A stretch of DNA of 64,000 bases from Pseudomonadota bacterium (GTDB lineage Bacteria > Bdellovibrionota > UBA1018 > CAIMNF01), in assembly GCA_027491115.1 (NCBI GenBank), contig JAIXWV010000020.1:229975-293974 (forward strand), in the 5' to 3' direction. The notes under the pieces were generated by a model that saw nothing but the letters and a program-made list of their open reading frames with translations, was not told the DNA's origin and did no database searches. Shown one piece after another: positions 1-9,611 of the stretch. Position numbers and translations under genes: made by a program. Positions within the stretch are counted from its first letter, which is position 1, and each line of letters opens with the position of its first letter.

Positions 1-2328
1 GTGGAAGAAGTCCTGGCTCGAAAGCAGCATCATCTGGGACTCCTTCTGACCCGTGGTGACATTCCTGAAGATCACACGACCGGGCAGGATCTCTACGATG
101 CCGGAGTCGTGGTTAAAATCCTGAAGCGGATCAAACTTCCCGATGGTTCGATCCAAATTCTCGTTCAGGGGCTCAAACGCTTCAAGGTCCGCAGGCTTCT
201 CTCCGAGCAACCCCACTTCGTGGTCGACGCTGAATATGCAGATGATGCGGTGCCCGAGAAAACGCTCGAGATCGACGCCCTCACCCGTTCGATCATCCAA
301 CACGTGAAAGATCTCTCGGAGACCCACCCGTTTTTCAATGAGGAGATGAAACTCGCCCTCTTGAATGCGCCTCACTCCGGTGTCGTGGCCGACATCGTCG
401 CCTTCGCGCTCGGACTGGACAAGAAAGACGCACAGGATTTCCTTGAAACCCTCCCGGTGAAATCCCGATTCGAAAAACTCCTCCTGTTCTTGAAGCGGGA
501 GCAGGATGTGGCCACCGTTCAGAAAAAAATCAACGACGAAGTGAACTCCAAGATCACGACTCTCCAGAGGGAGTTCTTTTTGCGGGAACAGCTGAAGCTC
601 ATCAAAAAAGAGCTCGGCATGGAAGAGGAAGGCAAAGACAAGAACAGCAGGACCTTCCGGGAACGGATCGCAACTGCAGGCATGCCAGAAGAAGTGCGGA
701 AGGTGGCACTCGAAGAGCTCGAAAAGTTCGAAACGCTGAGCGAGCAATCACCCGAGTACAATCTGGCACGCACCTATCTTGAAACACTTTGTTCACTTCC
801 ATGGTCCCACGAAACCGAGGATCGGCTCGAGCTCGCTCACGCTCGTGAAGTGCTCGACTCGGATCACACCGGACTCGAAAAGGTGAAGGAACGGATTCTC
901 GAATTTCTGGCAGTCCGGAATCTGCAGCGTCGACGGGACCAAAAAAGCGGCAAAGGGTCGATTCTGCTCCTGGTGGGCCCTCCCGGTGTGGGCAAGACCT
1001 CGATCGGAAAATCAGTGGCCAAGGCCATGGGACGGAACTTCTATCGTTTCTCCCTCGGAGGCATGCGGGATGAGGCTGAAATCAAGGGCCATCGCCGGAC
1101 CTATATCGGCGCCATGCCCGGAAAATTCATCCAAGCCGCCCGTCGGGCCGGCAGCAAGAACGCTGTCATTCTACTCGACGAGATCGACAAGTTGGCCTCC
1201 CACTACCAGGGCGATCCGGCCAGCGCCCTGCTTGAGGTCCTGGATCCGGAACAGAATTCCTCATTCCTCGATCATTACCTCGATGTGCCTTTTGATCTTT
1301 CCCGGATGATCTTCATCGCCACTGCCAACACCCTGCAGGGGATTCCCGCCCCTCTGCTCGATCGGATGGAAGTGATCGAGTTGAACGGCTACACCTTGGA
1401 GGAAAAAGAGAAGATCGCACGGACCCACCTCCTTCCCAAGGTACTTGAAGAAAATGCAATCGGTTCGGCCGATTTGAAGCTCGAAAAGACGGGCCTCAGA
1501 AAACTGATCCGGGACTATGCCCGTGAGCCGGGGCTCCGGATTCTCGAACAGATGCTCGCCAAGATCGCACGGAAGACCGCAACGCGGATCGTGGAACGCC
1601 GCGAGTCCCGTGAAAGAATCCGTCTTCCTGTTGTGATCCGTGACGAGGACCTCGAGACCCTGCTCGGCCCTGCCCGCCTCACCCAGGAACTCGCCGGCGC
1701 ACATCAGCTTCCCGGTGTCACGATCGGACTCGCCTGGACCGCACTCGGAGGAGACATCCTCTTTATCGAGGCGACCGAACTCCCCGGTTCGGGCCAACTC
1801 AAGCTCACCGGACAAATGGGCGACGTCATGCTCGAGAGTGCTCAGATCGCCTGGACCTTCGTGAAGAAGCGACTCCTCGACGAGATGGTGCTGACTCCGG
1901 GTCGCCTGAAAGATCGTGACCTCCATGTCCATATCCCCGCAGGCGCCATCCCGAAGGACGGTCCCTCGGCTGGCATCACCTTGGCGACGACCCTGTACTC
2001 GCTGTTCACCGGAGTGCCGGCCCGGGCCAAGACTGCCATGACCGGTGAGCTTTCGCTCACAGGTCGCGTGCTCCCGGTGGGAGGCATTCGCGAAAAACTC
2101 CTCGCTGCGCGCAGGGCCGGTGTCGAGCGGGTGATCCTGCCCCGTGAAAACCGCAGAGACCTTCATGATCTCCCCCTCGAATTGCTGAACAGCCTCGACA
2201 TCCGCTTTGTGGAGCACATCAACGAGGTGTTTCCTCTCGCCATCGGCAACCCTCCCCGTCCCAAGGTGATGAAGAAGTCACCCGTCAAGAAGCCGGCGCG
2301 TTCCGAGAGTCGGCACTTAAAGCAGTAG
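1..2328 (+). CDS. lon: ATP-dependent Lon protease (5' end probably outside window)
   Basis: Walker A GPPGVGKT, LLDEIDK Walker B, catalytic PKDGPSAG, MTGELSLTG..LPVGGIREK. Confidence 0.97.
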   Translation: MEEVLARKQHHLGLLLTRGDIPEDHTTGQDLYDAGVVVKILKRIKLPDGSIQILVQGLKRFKVRRLLSEQPHFVVDAEYADDAVPEKTLEIDALTRSIIQHVKDLSETHPFFNEEMKLALLNAPHSGVVADIVAFALGLDKKDAQDFLETLPVKSRFEKLLLFLKREQDVATVQKKINDEVNSKITTLQREFFLREQLKLIKKELGMEEEGKDKNSRTFRERIATAGMPEEVRKVALEELEKFETLSEQSPEYNLARTYLETLCSLPWSHETEDRLELAHAREVLDSDHTGLEKVKERILEFLAVRNLQRRRDQKSGKGSILLLVGPPGVGKTSIGKSVAKAMGRNFYRFSLGGMRDEAEIKGHRRTYIGAMPGKFIQAARRAGSKNAVILLDEIDKLASHYQGDPASALLEVLDPEQNSSFLDHYLDVPFDLSRMIFIATANTLQGIPAPLLDRMEVIELNGYTLEEKEKIARTHLLPKVLEENAIGSADLKLEKTGLRKLIRDYAREPGLRILEQMLAKIARKTATRIVERRESRERIRLPVVIRDEDLETLLGPARLTQELAGAHQLPGVTIGLAWTALGGDILFIEATELPGSGQLKLTGQMGDVMLESAQIAWTFVKKRLLDEMVLTPGRLKDRDLHVHIPAGAIPKDGPSAGITLATTLYSLFTGVPARAKTAMTGELSLTGRVLPVGGIREKLLAARRAGVERVILPRENRRDLHDLPLELLNSLDIRFVEHINEVFPLAIGNPPRPKVMKKSPVKKPARSESRHLKQ

Positions 2329-2362
2329 CGGAGCGCCTGCCCTTCCTGCAAAATGAAAGGGC

Positions 2363-3172
2363 ATGAAAAAGCAAAAGATAGCCATCGTCGGCCTGGGAAA
2401 AATGGGTGAAGCGATCGCACAGGGCCTGATGAGCGGGAACCTGAGCGAGGACTATCAGATCAGCGGGACCACCCGGACGGAAGAATCCGCAAAAGATGCG
2501 AGAACCCGTCTCAAGATCCACTGCTCGACCGACAATTCCGAGGCATTCAATGAGGCGGACATCATCCTTCTCTCGGTGAAGCCCCACCAGGTGGAGAAGA
2601 TCTTGCGAGCGAATGCATCCCGGATCCATGAACGCCAGCTCTTGATCTCGATCTGCGCCGCCATCAGTACGGAGCAATTGTCCGAATGGAGCGGCGGCAA
2701 GGCCGCGATCATCCGGGCCATGCCGAACACGCCCTGCCTGATCAAGAGTGGCGTGACCGCCATCTGTGCGGGACCGAGGTGCGAAAAAACCCAACTCAAA
2801 ACAGCAGAAAAAATCTTCGGCGAACTCGGACTGGTGAGTGTGCTCGAAGAAAGCCTGTTTGACGGAGTGACCGGACTCTCGGGATGTGGCCCGGCGTACA
2901 TCTACCTGATGATTGAATCCCTCAGCGAGGCGGGGGTAAAAGTGGGGATTTCCCGCAAGCAGGCCACACTCCTCGCGGCCCAAACCATGATGGGTGCGGC
3001 CAAGATGGTGCTCGATCGTGAAGAGCATCCGGCTGCACTTAAAGATGAAGTCACGACCCCCGCAGGTTGCACCATCGACGGACTCATGGCTCTAGAAGAA
3101 GGCAAGCTCCGGGTGACCCTCATCAAGGCGGTCTTGGCCGCAACCAAACGCTCTAAACTGATGCGGGGCTGA
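2363..3172 (+). CDS. proC: Pyrroline-5-carboxylate reductase
   Basis: GLGKMG Rossmann motif, RAMPNTP, GLSGCGPAY, VTTPAGCT. Confidence 0.95.
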   Translation: MKKQKIAIVGLGKMGEAIAQGLMSGNLSEDYQISGTTRTEESAKDARTRLKIHCSTDNSEAFNEADIILLSVKPHQVEKILRANASRIHERQLLISICAAISTEQLSEWSGGKAAIIRAMPNTPCLIKSGVTAICAGPRCEKTQLKTAEKIFGELGLVSVLEESLFDGVTGLSGCGPAYIYLMIESLSEAGVKVGISRKQATLLAAQTMMGAAKMVLDREEHPAALKDEVTTPAGCTIDGLMALEEGKLRVTLIKAVLAATKRSKLMRG

Positions 3173-3175
3173 TGC

Positions 3176-4435
3176 TCAAAATTTGACCGAATAATTCACC
3201 ATCAGGAACAGCTGACGGATGAACAAGGGCTTGTTCTCAAGATCGGGGTAAACAGGAGAAGAGTAGGTCCTTCCCGATGCGATCTGCGTGGAAGCGTTCA
3301 GATAGCGGTTCCCGACCAGGAATGCAAACTCGTCGTCGCGTTCCCTGAAAGGAGTGAAACGGATCCCTGCTCGGTAGAACAGGGTCCGCAGATCCTGCTG
3401 CCTCCTGAAGAACCAACTCACATATTCGGTTTCAGCAAAAAGGCGGTAAAACACATTGAATCGGATCTCGGCATCGGCCTGCAGAGTGAAGGTGTCGACA
3501 TCGTCGCCGTAGGCCATGATGTTCATCAATGTGGTGTAGGGTTTGTCGTTCTGGTCGTAGGCCACGAAGTTATGCATGACCCGACCCGGGAGCTGCCCCA
3601 GGATCCGACTGCCGTAATGCCGATACTGGGGCTTGATCCGGTAACCCAACATGCCCACATCTCCCTTGAACTCGGCATAAGCAAGAGAGGCCGAAGCATT
3701 GGAGTTGGCGCCGGCTTCAAGACCGTAAGAGAAACCGTTGTCGTAGACCTTGCGGCTGTAGAGGGTACCCGTCAGCCGGGGCGCACGGAAATCCGTCTGG
3801 ATTTCTTGCACCAGCACGGTCCCCCCGATCAGCCCGTTACCGAAAGACACATCCATTGTGGCCAGGCCTCCGTCGAGACGGAAACTCCCCGTTCCATCAA
3901 CCATCAGTTTGGCGGTGAATCCTTCGTCGGTCGCAGTGATCGAGCCCCCCACGGTCTCTTTCATCTCGACGAAGAGACCGGTTCCCACTGTCTGCCGGAC
4001 GATATCGCTCAGACGGAACTCCCAATCGAGCCCCAGAAAACGAGGCACCCGGTAAGTGAGCCCCACATGAGGAATCACAAAAGCCAGGAAGGTTGGGCCG
4101 TTGCTCGAGGTGCCTTGGGTCAGATCGAGTTTGACATTGATGCTCAAGTCGTCGACCGGGCGGTACTCGGACCGGAAACTCAACCAGAAGCCGTTGCCAT
4201 GATAGAAATCGAATTTGTAGAGGTTTGCATCGTTCGCACCGAGGAACATGGGCTTGAAGAAGTCGGCATCGACTGCGAACACCCACTTCTCGGTTCGTGG
4301 CAGGATCCTGAACGACTCATTCTCCACCTGACGGAAGAGGTACTCGTTCGGAGCATAATCCAAATAAGAAAGAGCCGTTCCCGGAAGGAACAGCGAGAAA
4401 AACAGAGCCGCGCCTAAGCGTCGGAGCGAATTCAC
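3176..4435 (-). CDS. Secreted, probable outer-membrane beta-barrel protein of unknown function
   Basis: N-terminal signal peptide, aromatic/Gly-rich alternating strands, C-terminal YSVKF; starts right after the rpoZ stop. Confidence 0.6.
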   Translation of the reverse strand: MNSLRRLGAALFFSLFLPGTALSYLDYAPNEYLFRQVENESFRILPRTEKWVFAVDADFFKPMFLGANDANLYKFDFYHGNGFWLSFRSEYRPVDDLSINVKLDLTQGTSSNGPTFLAFVIPHVGLTYRVPRFLGLDWEFRLSDIVRQTVGTGLFVEMKETVGGSITATDEGFTAKLMVDGTGSFRLDGGLATMDVSFGNGLIGGTVLVQEIQTDFRAPRLTGTLYSRKVYDNGFSYGLEAGANSNASASLAYAEFKGDVGMLGYRIKPQYRHYGSRILGQLPGRVMHNFVAYDQNDKPYTTLMNIMAYGDDVDTFTLQADAEIRFNVFYRLFAETEYVSWFFRRQQDLRTLFYRAGIRFTPFRERDDEFAFLVGNRYLNASTQIASGRTYSSPVYPDLENKPLFIRQLFLMVNYSVKF

Positions 4436-4436
4436 T

Positions 4437-4658
4437 TCACAGTTCGCCGGGGAGCGGAGCTTCGTCTTCGCCCTTGTAAAGGGGCTTCACTTTGCCTGCG
4501 GCAATTTCGCGGAGGGAGGTCACGATCGTGCGGTTCTTGCACTTCACGAGAGAGTCAGAGCCCTTGAAAAGCTGGCGCGAGCGGCGGGTGGCCAGGTGGA
4601 TGAGCTCGTACATGTTATCCACGTGATCCAGACAGTCTTCGATTGTAACTCTTGCCAT
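4437..4658 (-). CDS. rpoZ: RNA polymerase omega subunit
   Basis: MARVTIEDCL..N.YELI..A..R.RQL..SLREIAAG. Confidence 0.95.
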   Translation of the reverse strand: MARVTIEDCLDHVDNMYELIHLATRRSRQLFKGSDSLVKCKNRTIVTSLREIAAGKVKPLYKGEDEAPLPGEL

Positions 4659-4734
4659 GACAACTCTTCTCCTTGGGATTGCTAGTCTCTCGTTTGTACA
4701 CGAAAGGGCCGTCCCCTGTCCAGACGCGGCGCGT

Positions 4735-5238
4735 TTACCGCCGACTGCGCTTCATGGCCTGCTCGATCTCACGGTTCTGGCTGCGCTTTTTCTGGTCTTC
4801 CCGCTTATCGCCCTTCTTTTTGCCTTTGGCGAGAGCGATCTCGACCTTGACGCGGCCCTTCAGAAAGTACATGCGGGTCGGAACAATGGTCTTCCCGTCC
4901 TGAGTGGTCGCTCCGAAAAGCTTCCGGATCTGGTGGCTGTGCAACAGGAGTTTCCTCCGCCTCCTGGGCTCGTGGTTCCAGATGTTCCCGTGAGAGTACG
5001 GACCGATGTGAAGATTGACCAACCAGGCCTCGAGGGTCGGAGCGTTCTTCTCTCCCCGTTTTTTGTGAGTCACTTCGACAAAGGAATCCTTCAGGTTCGG
5101 ACTCTGGTTCCTGAGGCTCTTGATCTCGGTCCCCTGGAGCACGATACCGGCCTCGACAAACTCGTCGAGGAAGAAGTCGGCTCTTGCGGAAGGATTGGAG
5201 GCGATCAGCTTCTCGCCCCCGCCTTTCGTGTCACTCAT
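4735..5238 (-). CDS. smpB: SsrA-binding protein
   Basis: EAGIVLQGTEIKSLR, HEPRRRRKLLLH, KVEIALAKGKK..DKRE. Confidence 0.96.
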   Translation of the reverse strand: MSDTKGGGEKLIASNPSARADFFLDEFVEAGIVLQGTEIKSLRNQSPNLKDSFVEVTHKKRGEKNAPTLEAWLVNLHIGPYSHGNIWNHEPRRRRKLLLHSHQIRKLFGATTQDGKTIVPTRMYFLKGRVKVEIALAKGKKKGDKREDQKKRSQNREIEQAMKRSRR

Positions 5239-5893
5239 GGGGAACCGCCACTCCCAGACTCAGGATGAGCCTGAAGGCTTCGTCCACTTTCAGACCGCTT
5301 TCGATGACCTCGCTCTCGCGAACCATGAGATGAAAACCGGCTGTCGGGTTCGGTACGGTGGGCACGAACACGCTGATGCAACCGGGAGGAAGGCCCTTGA
5401 ATGCCGCCTGGCCGGTCACAAAAGCCACGGCCCAGCATTCCTTGCGAGGGTACTCGACGAACACCACACGGTTGAACTGCTTGCCGCCGCTCGAGGACAC
5501 CGCAGAAAAAAGCTGATTCAACGAAGAATAGATCGCTCCGAAGAACGGGATCTTCTCGATTCCCTCTTTGAGCCACTCGAACACTTTGCGGCCGAAATAG
5601 AGCCTCGAAAAAAAACCGATTCCTGAGATGATCATCACACCTGAAAGCAGGACGCCGATCATCAACAGAAACTTGAGTACCCCGACAACCTCACTGGCAG
5701 GATTGTCGAAAAAGATCCGGAAGGGAACCTCTTCCATCCAGGCCATGATGCCCCCGAAGATCCATTGGAACACCACCGCCACGATCAAAATCGGAGCAAG
5801 CACGAGCAAGCCGGAAAGGAAATGGTCCTTCACGATCAGGAGGGGCTGTTTGAAGCGGCTACGGAAATCAGACACGTGCGGAGTCTCCCTCAA
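5231..5893 (-). CDS. DUF502 family membrane protein (start uncertain)
   Basis: FLSGLLVLAP, IPFFGAIYS, VVFVEYPR, VFVPTVPNPTAGF. Confidence 0.88.
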   Translation of the reverse strand: MRETPHVSDFRSRFKQPLLIVKDHFLSGLLVLAPILIVAVVFQWIFGGIMAWMEEVPFRIFFDNPASEVVGVLKFLLMIGVLLSGVMIISGIGFFSRLYFGRKVFEWLKEGIEKIPFFGAIYSSLNQLFSAVSSSGGKQFNRVVFVEYPRKECWAVAFVTGQAAFKGLPPGCISVFVPTVPNPTAGFHLMVRESEVIESGLKVDEAFRLILSLGVAVPHE

Positions 5894-5910
5894 ATCTGAG
5901 TATCATGGAA

Positions 5911-6705
5911 TCAGCGATGTTGCCAAAGCGCGACCCACTCTTCCCATTCGAGCGCCTCCGCCCGCTTGGTCGGATCCACACCGGACTTGGTGAGAGCCTG
6001 CTGCCAAGGTGTCCCCGAGAGATTGGCCCGGAGCATCTTTCGACGGTGAGCGAAGGCAGACTTGAGAAGGGCGTTGAAGGCAGTGCGATCCTCGGGATTC
6101 GCCACCGGAATCCGCGGGTCGCTCCGACGCGTCAGCCGGACCACTTCCGACATCACCTTCGGGGCGGGACGGAAGGCTTCGGGTGGAACCAGCAGCAAGC
6201 GCTCCACATCCCACTCGTTCTGGATGTAAAGGGACAAACTGCCCCGATCGGGAGTCGAGGCATCGGCACGTAAGCGTCGGGCCACTTCAGCCTGGAACAT
6301 GAGGATCATCTCCGGAATCTGCCGCGAGCGCTCTGCCAGTTTCACCACAATGGCGGTCCCGGCCGAATAAGGAAGATTCGACACCACCACGAGGGGCCCG
6401 AGCACATCCAGAGTCTCATCGGACTGATCCAAAAAATCGCCTTTTAGGAGAGTCTGCACCCGGGACTCCCCCTGCCAGTACTCGATCAATTCCCGATCGC
6501 GCTCAGCCAGATGAAAAGGAATCTCAAGCGGCAACTGTTCGAGGAGAGGACGGGTCAAAGCACCCTTTCCGGGGCCGATTTCGAGCAACGCGTGCCCACT
6601 GTGACGTTTCACAGCTTCGATTGCCGCATCCCGGATCGAGCGGATCACACCCTCGTCCTTCAAGAAATTCTGACCGAATGCCCGCTGTTTGTCGAAAGTC
6701 GCCAT
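5911..6705 (-). CDS. rsmA: 16S rRNA m6,2A dimethyltransferase KsgA
   Basis: GQNFL, LEIGPGKG, VSNLPY, MFQAEVARR, F.PAPKV.S; start reassigned to ATG 6705 just after the tsaD stop. Confidence 0.93.
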   Translation of the reverse strand: MATFDKQRAFGQNFLKDEGVIRSIRDAAIEAVKRHSGHALLEIGPGKGALTRPLLEQLPLEIPFHLAERDRELIEYWQGESRVQTLLKGDFLDQSDETLDVLGPLVVVSNLPYSAGTAIVVKLAERSRQIPEMILMFQAEVARRLRADASTPDRGSLSLYIQNEWDVERLLLVPPEAFRPAPKVMSEVVRLTRRSDPRIPVANPEDRTAFNALLKSAFAHRRKMLRANLSGTPWQQALTKSGVDPTKRAEALEWEEWVALWQHR

Positions 6706-6707
6706 GG

Positions 6708-7766
6708 TCAATGCTCCGCGATCGCAAAAGCGTTCAGTTTCAGGAATCCGGACGGATCGAGTCCCTGTCCTTGGGAAAACCGGATCGCACCGGCCGCTGC
6801 GATCATGGCGGCATTGTCGGTGCAATAACGCAGGTCCGGGACGATCACAGGCACCGGAGATTCTTTCGACAAACGGGCTCGTAATCTGGAATTGGCAGCG
6901 ACTCCACCCACAACGACGATCGACTTCGCCTTCTTCTGCCGCGCGAGCAAGAGGGTCTTCTGGATCAATGGATCAAGAATGGCCTCTTGAATGCTCGCGC
7001 ATAAGTCCGGAATCGCCGCATCGAGGATCTTCTCCTGCTCGAGACGCTTGGCCAGCAACAGCACCGCGGTTTTGAGTCCACTGAAGGAAAAATCGAAACT
7101 GTCTTTTTGTTTGAGCCCCCGGGGCAGATCGAAGGCCTTCGGATCGCCATCTTTCGAAGCCTCGTCGATCCAACGCCCACCCGGATAGGGGTAGCCGAGG
7201 ATCTTCGCCGTTTTGTCAAAGGCCTCTCCGGCGGCGTCATCGATCGACCGGCCGATCAGCGAGTCCCGAAGCAAGGTGGGACTCCAGCCCTCTGGCGCGG
7301 ACTCGATGTGGTGAAGGTGCGTGTGGCCTCCAGAGACCATCAGGAACACGGCCGGAAACTCGATCCGTTTCGGGTCGTGTTTTTCGGATTGCAGGAAGGC
7401 ACTCATGAGATGCCCTTCCAGATGATGAACCGGAACGAGCGGCTTTTGCCTGGCATAGGCCATGGCTTTCGCCGCAGTCACTCCCACCAACAACGCACCG
7501 ATCAGTCCCGGACGATTGGTGACCGCGATGGCATCGAGATCCGCGATCTCGACCTTGGCCCGATCGAGAGCCTCGAAAATCACCGGCTCGATCTGCTCGA
7601 GGTGGTTCCGGGAAGCGACCTCGGGCACCACACCGCCGAAAGGTTGATGAAGTTCGATCTGCGAAAAGGTCACCACTGAAAGCGGGTTCAGGCGCTCTCC
7701 TTCATGATGAAGGACGGAGGCGCTGCACTCGTCGCAAGAAGTCTCGATACCGAGGATGACGCTCAT
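6708..7766 (-). CDS. tsaD: tRNA N6-threonylcarbamoyltransferase
   Basis: ILGIETSCDE, GGVVPEVASRNH, HHLEGH, SGGHT, DDAAGEAFDK, CTDNAAMIA. Confidence 0.97.
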   Translation of the reverse strand: MSVILGIETSCDECSASVLHHEGERLNPLSVVTFSQIELHQPFGGVVPEVASRNHLEQIEPVIFEALDRAKVEIADLDAIAVTNRPGLIGALLVGVTAAKAMAYARQKPLVPVHHLEGHLMSAFLQSEKHDPKRIEFPAVFLMVSGGHTHLHHIESAPEGWSPTLLRDSLIGRSIDDAAGEAFDKTAKILGYPYPGGRWIDEASKDGDPKAFDLPRGLKQKDSFDFSFSGLKTAVLLLAKRLEQEKILDAAIPDLCASIQEAILDPLIQKTLLLARQKKAKSIVVVGGVAANSRLRARLSKESPVPVIVPDLRYCTDNAAMIAAAGAIRFSQGQGLDPSGFLKLNAFAIAEH

Positions 7767-8626
7767 GGCTTGGCCTTCAGGCGTTTCTTGCCCAACATGC
7801 CCTCGGCGGTTTTCGGAAACTTGTCGACCAGCTCCGAATAGAAGGCCTTGGCCTCTTCTTTTTTCCCGAGAGCGTCGAAACTCTCTGCGATCTTCAGAAG
7901 CGCTTTCGGATGATACGAGGATTTGGGGAACTTTTCGGGGAATCGCGAGTAATCGACGATGGCCTTGTTGTACTGCTGTTTCTTAAACTGGGATTCTGCA
8001 CGGAAGAATGTGGCCTCTTCGGCTTCCTTACCCGATTCGGACGCACTCAAAGCCTGGGTGAAGAAGTGAACGGCCTCATCCAAGTTTCCGGCAAGGTAGG
8101 CGTCTTTCCCGGCTTGAAAATTCGATTTTCCTTCGGGCAAGGTCGGCACCTCAGGTGTGAGGTCCTTGAGTTGTTTTTCGAGCTGGGCGATCCGCTCTTG
8201 AGCCTTCTTGAGCGCCTCGGCGGTTGACGCCTCCGACTTCTCTTTTTCATGCCGGTATTCCTCGGCAAGTCCGGCCACACGGGCCAGCTCGGCTCGCAAC
8301 TCTTCCACGCCGTAATCGGCGGCCTCGGGCCTCAAAACCGGTACTGGAGTCGGCGACTGTGTCGCAGATGGAAGGGCGAAGGGAGGAGCCACCGAGACAG
8401 GAGCCGGCGTGGGGGCCTCGGGCGTTGGCGCAGGGGTCGGAGCCGTCTCGGGGACGACCTTGACCGGAGCGAGATCCTCGCTCTTCACAGGGCGGGCAGG
8501 TTCCTCGGCCGGAGGCGCGCCCTCCGGGCCTTCTTTCCGCATTTGATTGAGTTGCTCGCGCGTGGTCACACAAGATGACGAGAACAAAAACAGAACGAGC
8601 AACAAACGGGATCGATCAAACTTCAT
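7763..8626 (-). CDS. cpoB: CpoB/YbgF-like TPR lipoprotein
   Basis: Lipobox-like SSSC, Pro-rich linker, coiled coil, C-terminal TPRs (FPKS..PKALLKIA); downstream of pal. Confidence 0.75.
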   Translation of the reverse strand: MKFDRSRLLLVLFLFSSSCVTTREQLNQMRKEGPEGAPPAEEPARPVKSEDLAPVKVVPETAPTPAPTPEAPTPAPVSVAPPFALPSATQSPTPVPVLRPEAADYGVEELRAELARVAGLAEEYRHEKEKSEASTAEALKKAQERIAQLEKQLKDLTPEVPTLPEGKSNFQAGKDAYLAGNLDEAVHFFTQALSASESGKEAEEATFFRAESQFKKQQYNKAIVDYSRFPEKFPKSSYHPKALLKIAESFDALGKKEEAKAFYSELVDKFPKTAEGMLGKKRLKAKP

Positions 8627-8644
8627 GTGAAGAATGTCTCACTT

Positions 8645-9079
8645 TCAGGGGGGATTGGGAACCCCACCCGGAGGAGGCGGAGGGGGGCCGCCCGGAGGTT
8701 TCGGCGCATCAAATGCGCTACCTTCGACAGGGGTCGACAAGGGTACCGGCGCATAAGAAGGGTCTGCCAGGGGGTCTGCCGGAACCAGGTCCCGCTTGGC
8801 ACCGTTCCGGATCGCCTCGAACTCAGCCCGTTCGGCATAAGCGCGGGCCTCGTCTGCGAGTTTTTTCGCAGCCTTGAAATTTTTCAGCCGGTAAGCCTGA
8901 CGAGCCTGCAGGCCCACTTCATTCGACATCCGGTACAACTCAGGCGCGAGCGTGTCGGCGTTCACTTCCTTTGCAGCGCGGATGCTGACTTCCATGTTGG
9001 ACATCTCTTGTGCTGGACGGAACGCCGTCACCGAGCAAGACGCCAAAAAAAAGGGGGCTACCAGTAGCCCCCTTTTCAT
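8645..9079 (-). CDS. DUF4398-like lipoprotein
   Basis: Lipobox LASC; AAKEVNADTLAPELY..A.K.A.EA..YAERA helical pattern; Pro-rich tail; start could be 9079, 9088 or 9100. Confidence 0.7.
   Translation of the reverse strand: MKRGLLVAPFFLASCSVTAFRPAQEMSNMEVSIRAAKEVNADTLAPELYRMSNEVGLQARQAYRLKNFKAAKKLADEARAYAERAEFEAIRNGAKRDLVPADPLADPSYAPVPLSTPVEGSAFDAPKPPGGPPPPPPGGVPNPP
9045..9076 (-). terminator. Intrinsic terminator downstream of pal, embedded in the next CDS
   Basis: Minus strand AAAAGGGGGCTAC-TG-GTAGCCCCCTTTTTTTT: perfect GC stem plus U8. Confidence 0.7.
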
Positions 9080-9096
9080 GGATTTCATTCTTCCGT

Positions 9097-9573
9097 TCAC
9101 CGTGCGGTCACGACGAAGTTCGCGCGACGGTTGCGGGCATACGCTTCTTCAGTCGTCCCTTGGTCGAGGAGTTTTTCCTTACCGAAGCTGATTACAGAAA
9201 CGCGATCGGCCGGAACGCCGAGCTCGATCAGGAATTTTTTCACCGAGTTGGCGCGCTTTTCGCCGAGAGCGACATTGTACTGGATCCCACCGCGCTGATC
9301 GCAATGGCCTTCGACTTGGATCTTGATCGAAGTCTTGTCCTTCAGGATCTGGGAGTTTGCTTTCAGAATCTCTTTAGCTTTTCCATCGAGGACGTAAGCG
9401 TCATATCCGAAGTTGATCGACTGAAGCCCCATGGCGTTGCCCCGATCGGAATCACCGATGTTCTCATCGGCATTGGCGGCGGACGCCAAGCCCGACTCAT
9501 CCGGCTTCGGCTTTTTGGAACACGCAGGCGCCGCGAGTGTGGCGGCAAGCAGCAACATGACCAGTTTATTCAT
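9097..9573 (-). CDS. pal: Peptidoglycan-associated lipoprotein (OmpA-like C-domain)
   Basis: Lipobox APAC, INFGYD, VEGHCDQRG..YNVALGEKRANSV, SFGKEK, RNRRA. Confidence 0.92.
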   Translation of the reverse strand: MNKLVMLLLAATLAAPACSKKPKPDESGLASAANADENIGDSDRGNAMGLQSINFGYDAYVLDGKAKEILKANSQILKDKTSIKIQVEGHCDQRGGIQYNVALGEKRANSVKKFLIELGVPADRVSVISFGKEKLLDQGTTEEAYARNRRANFVVTAR

Positions 9574-9611
9574 CTTTTTGTCTCCTCAAAGGTTGGTTTA
9601 GCTCGCTCCAT

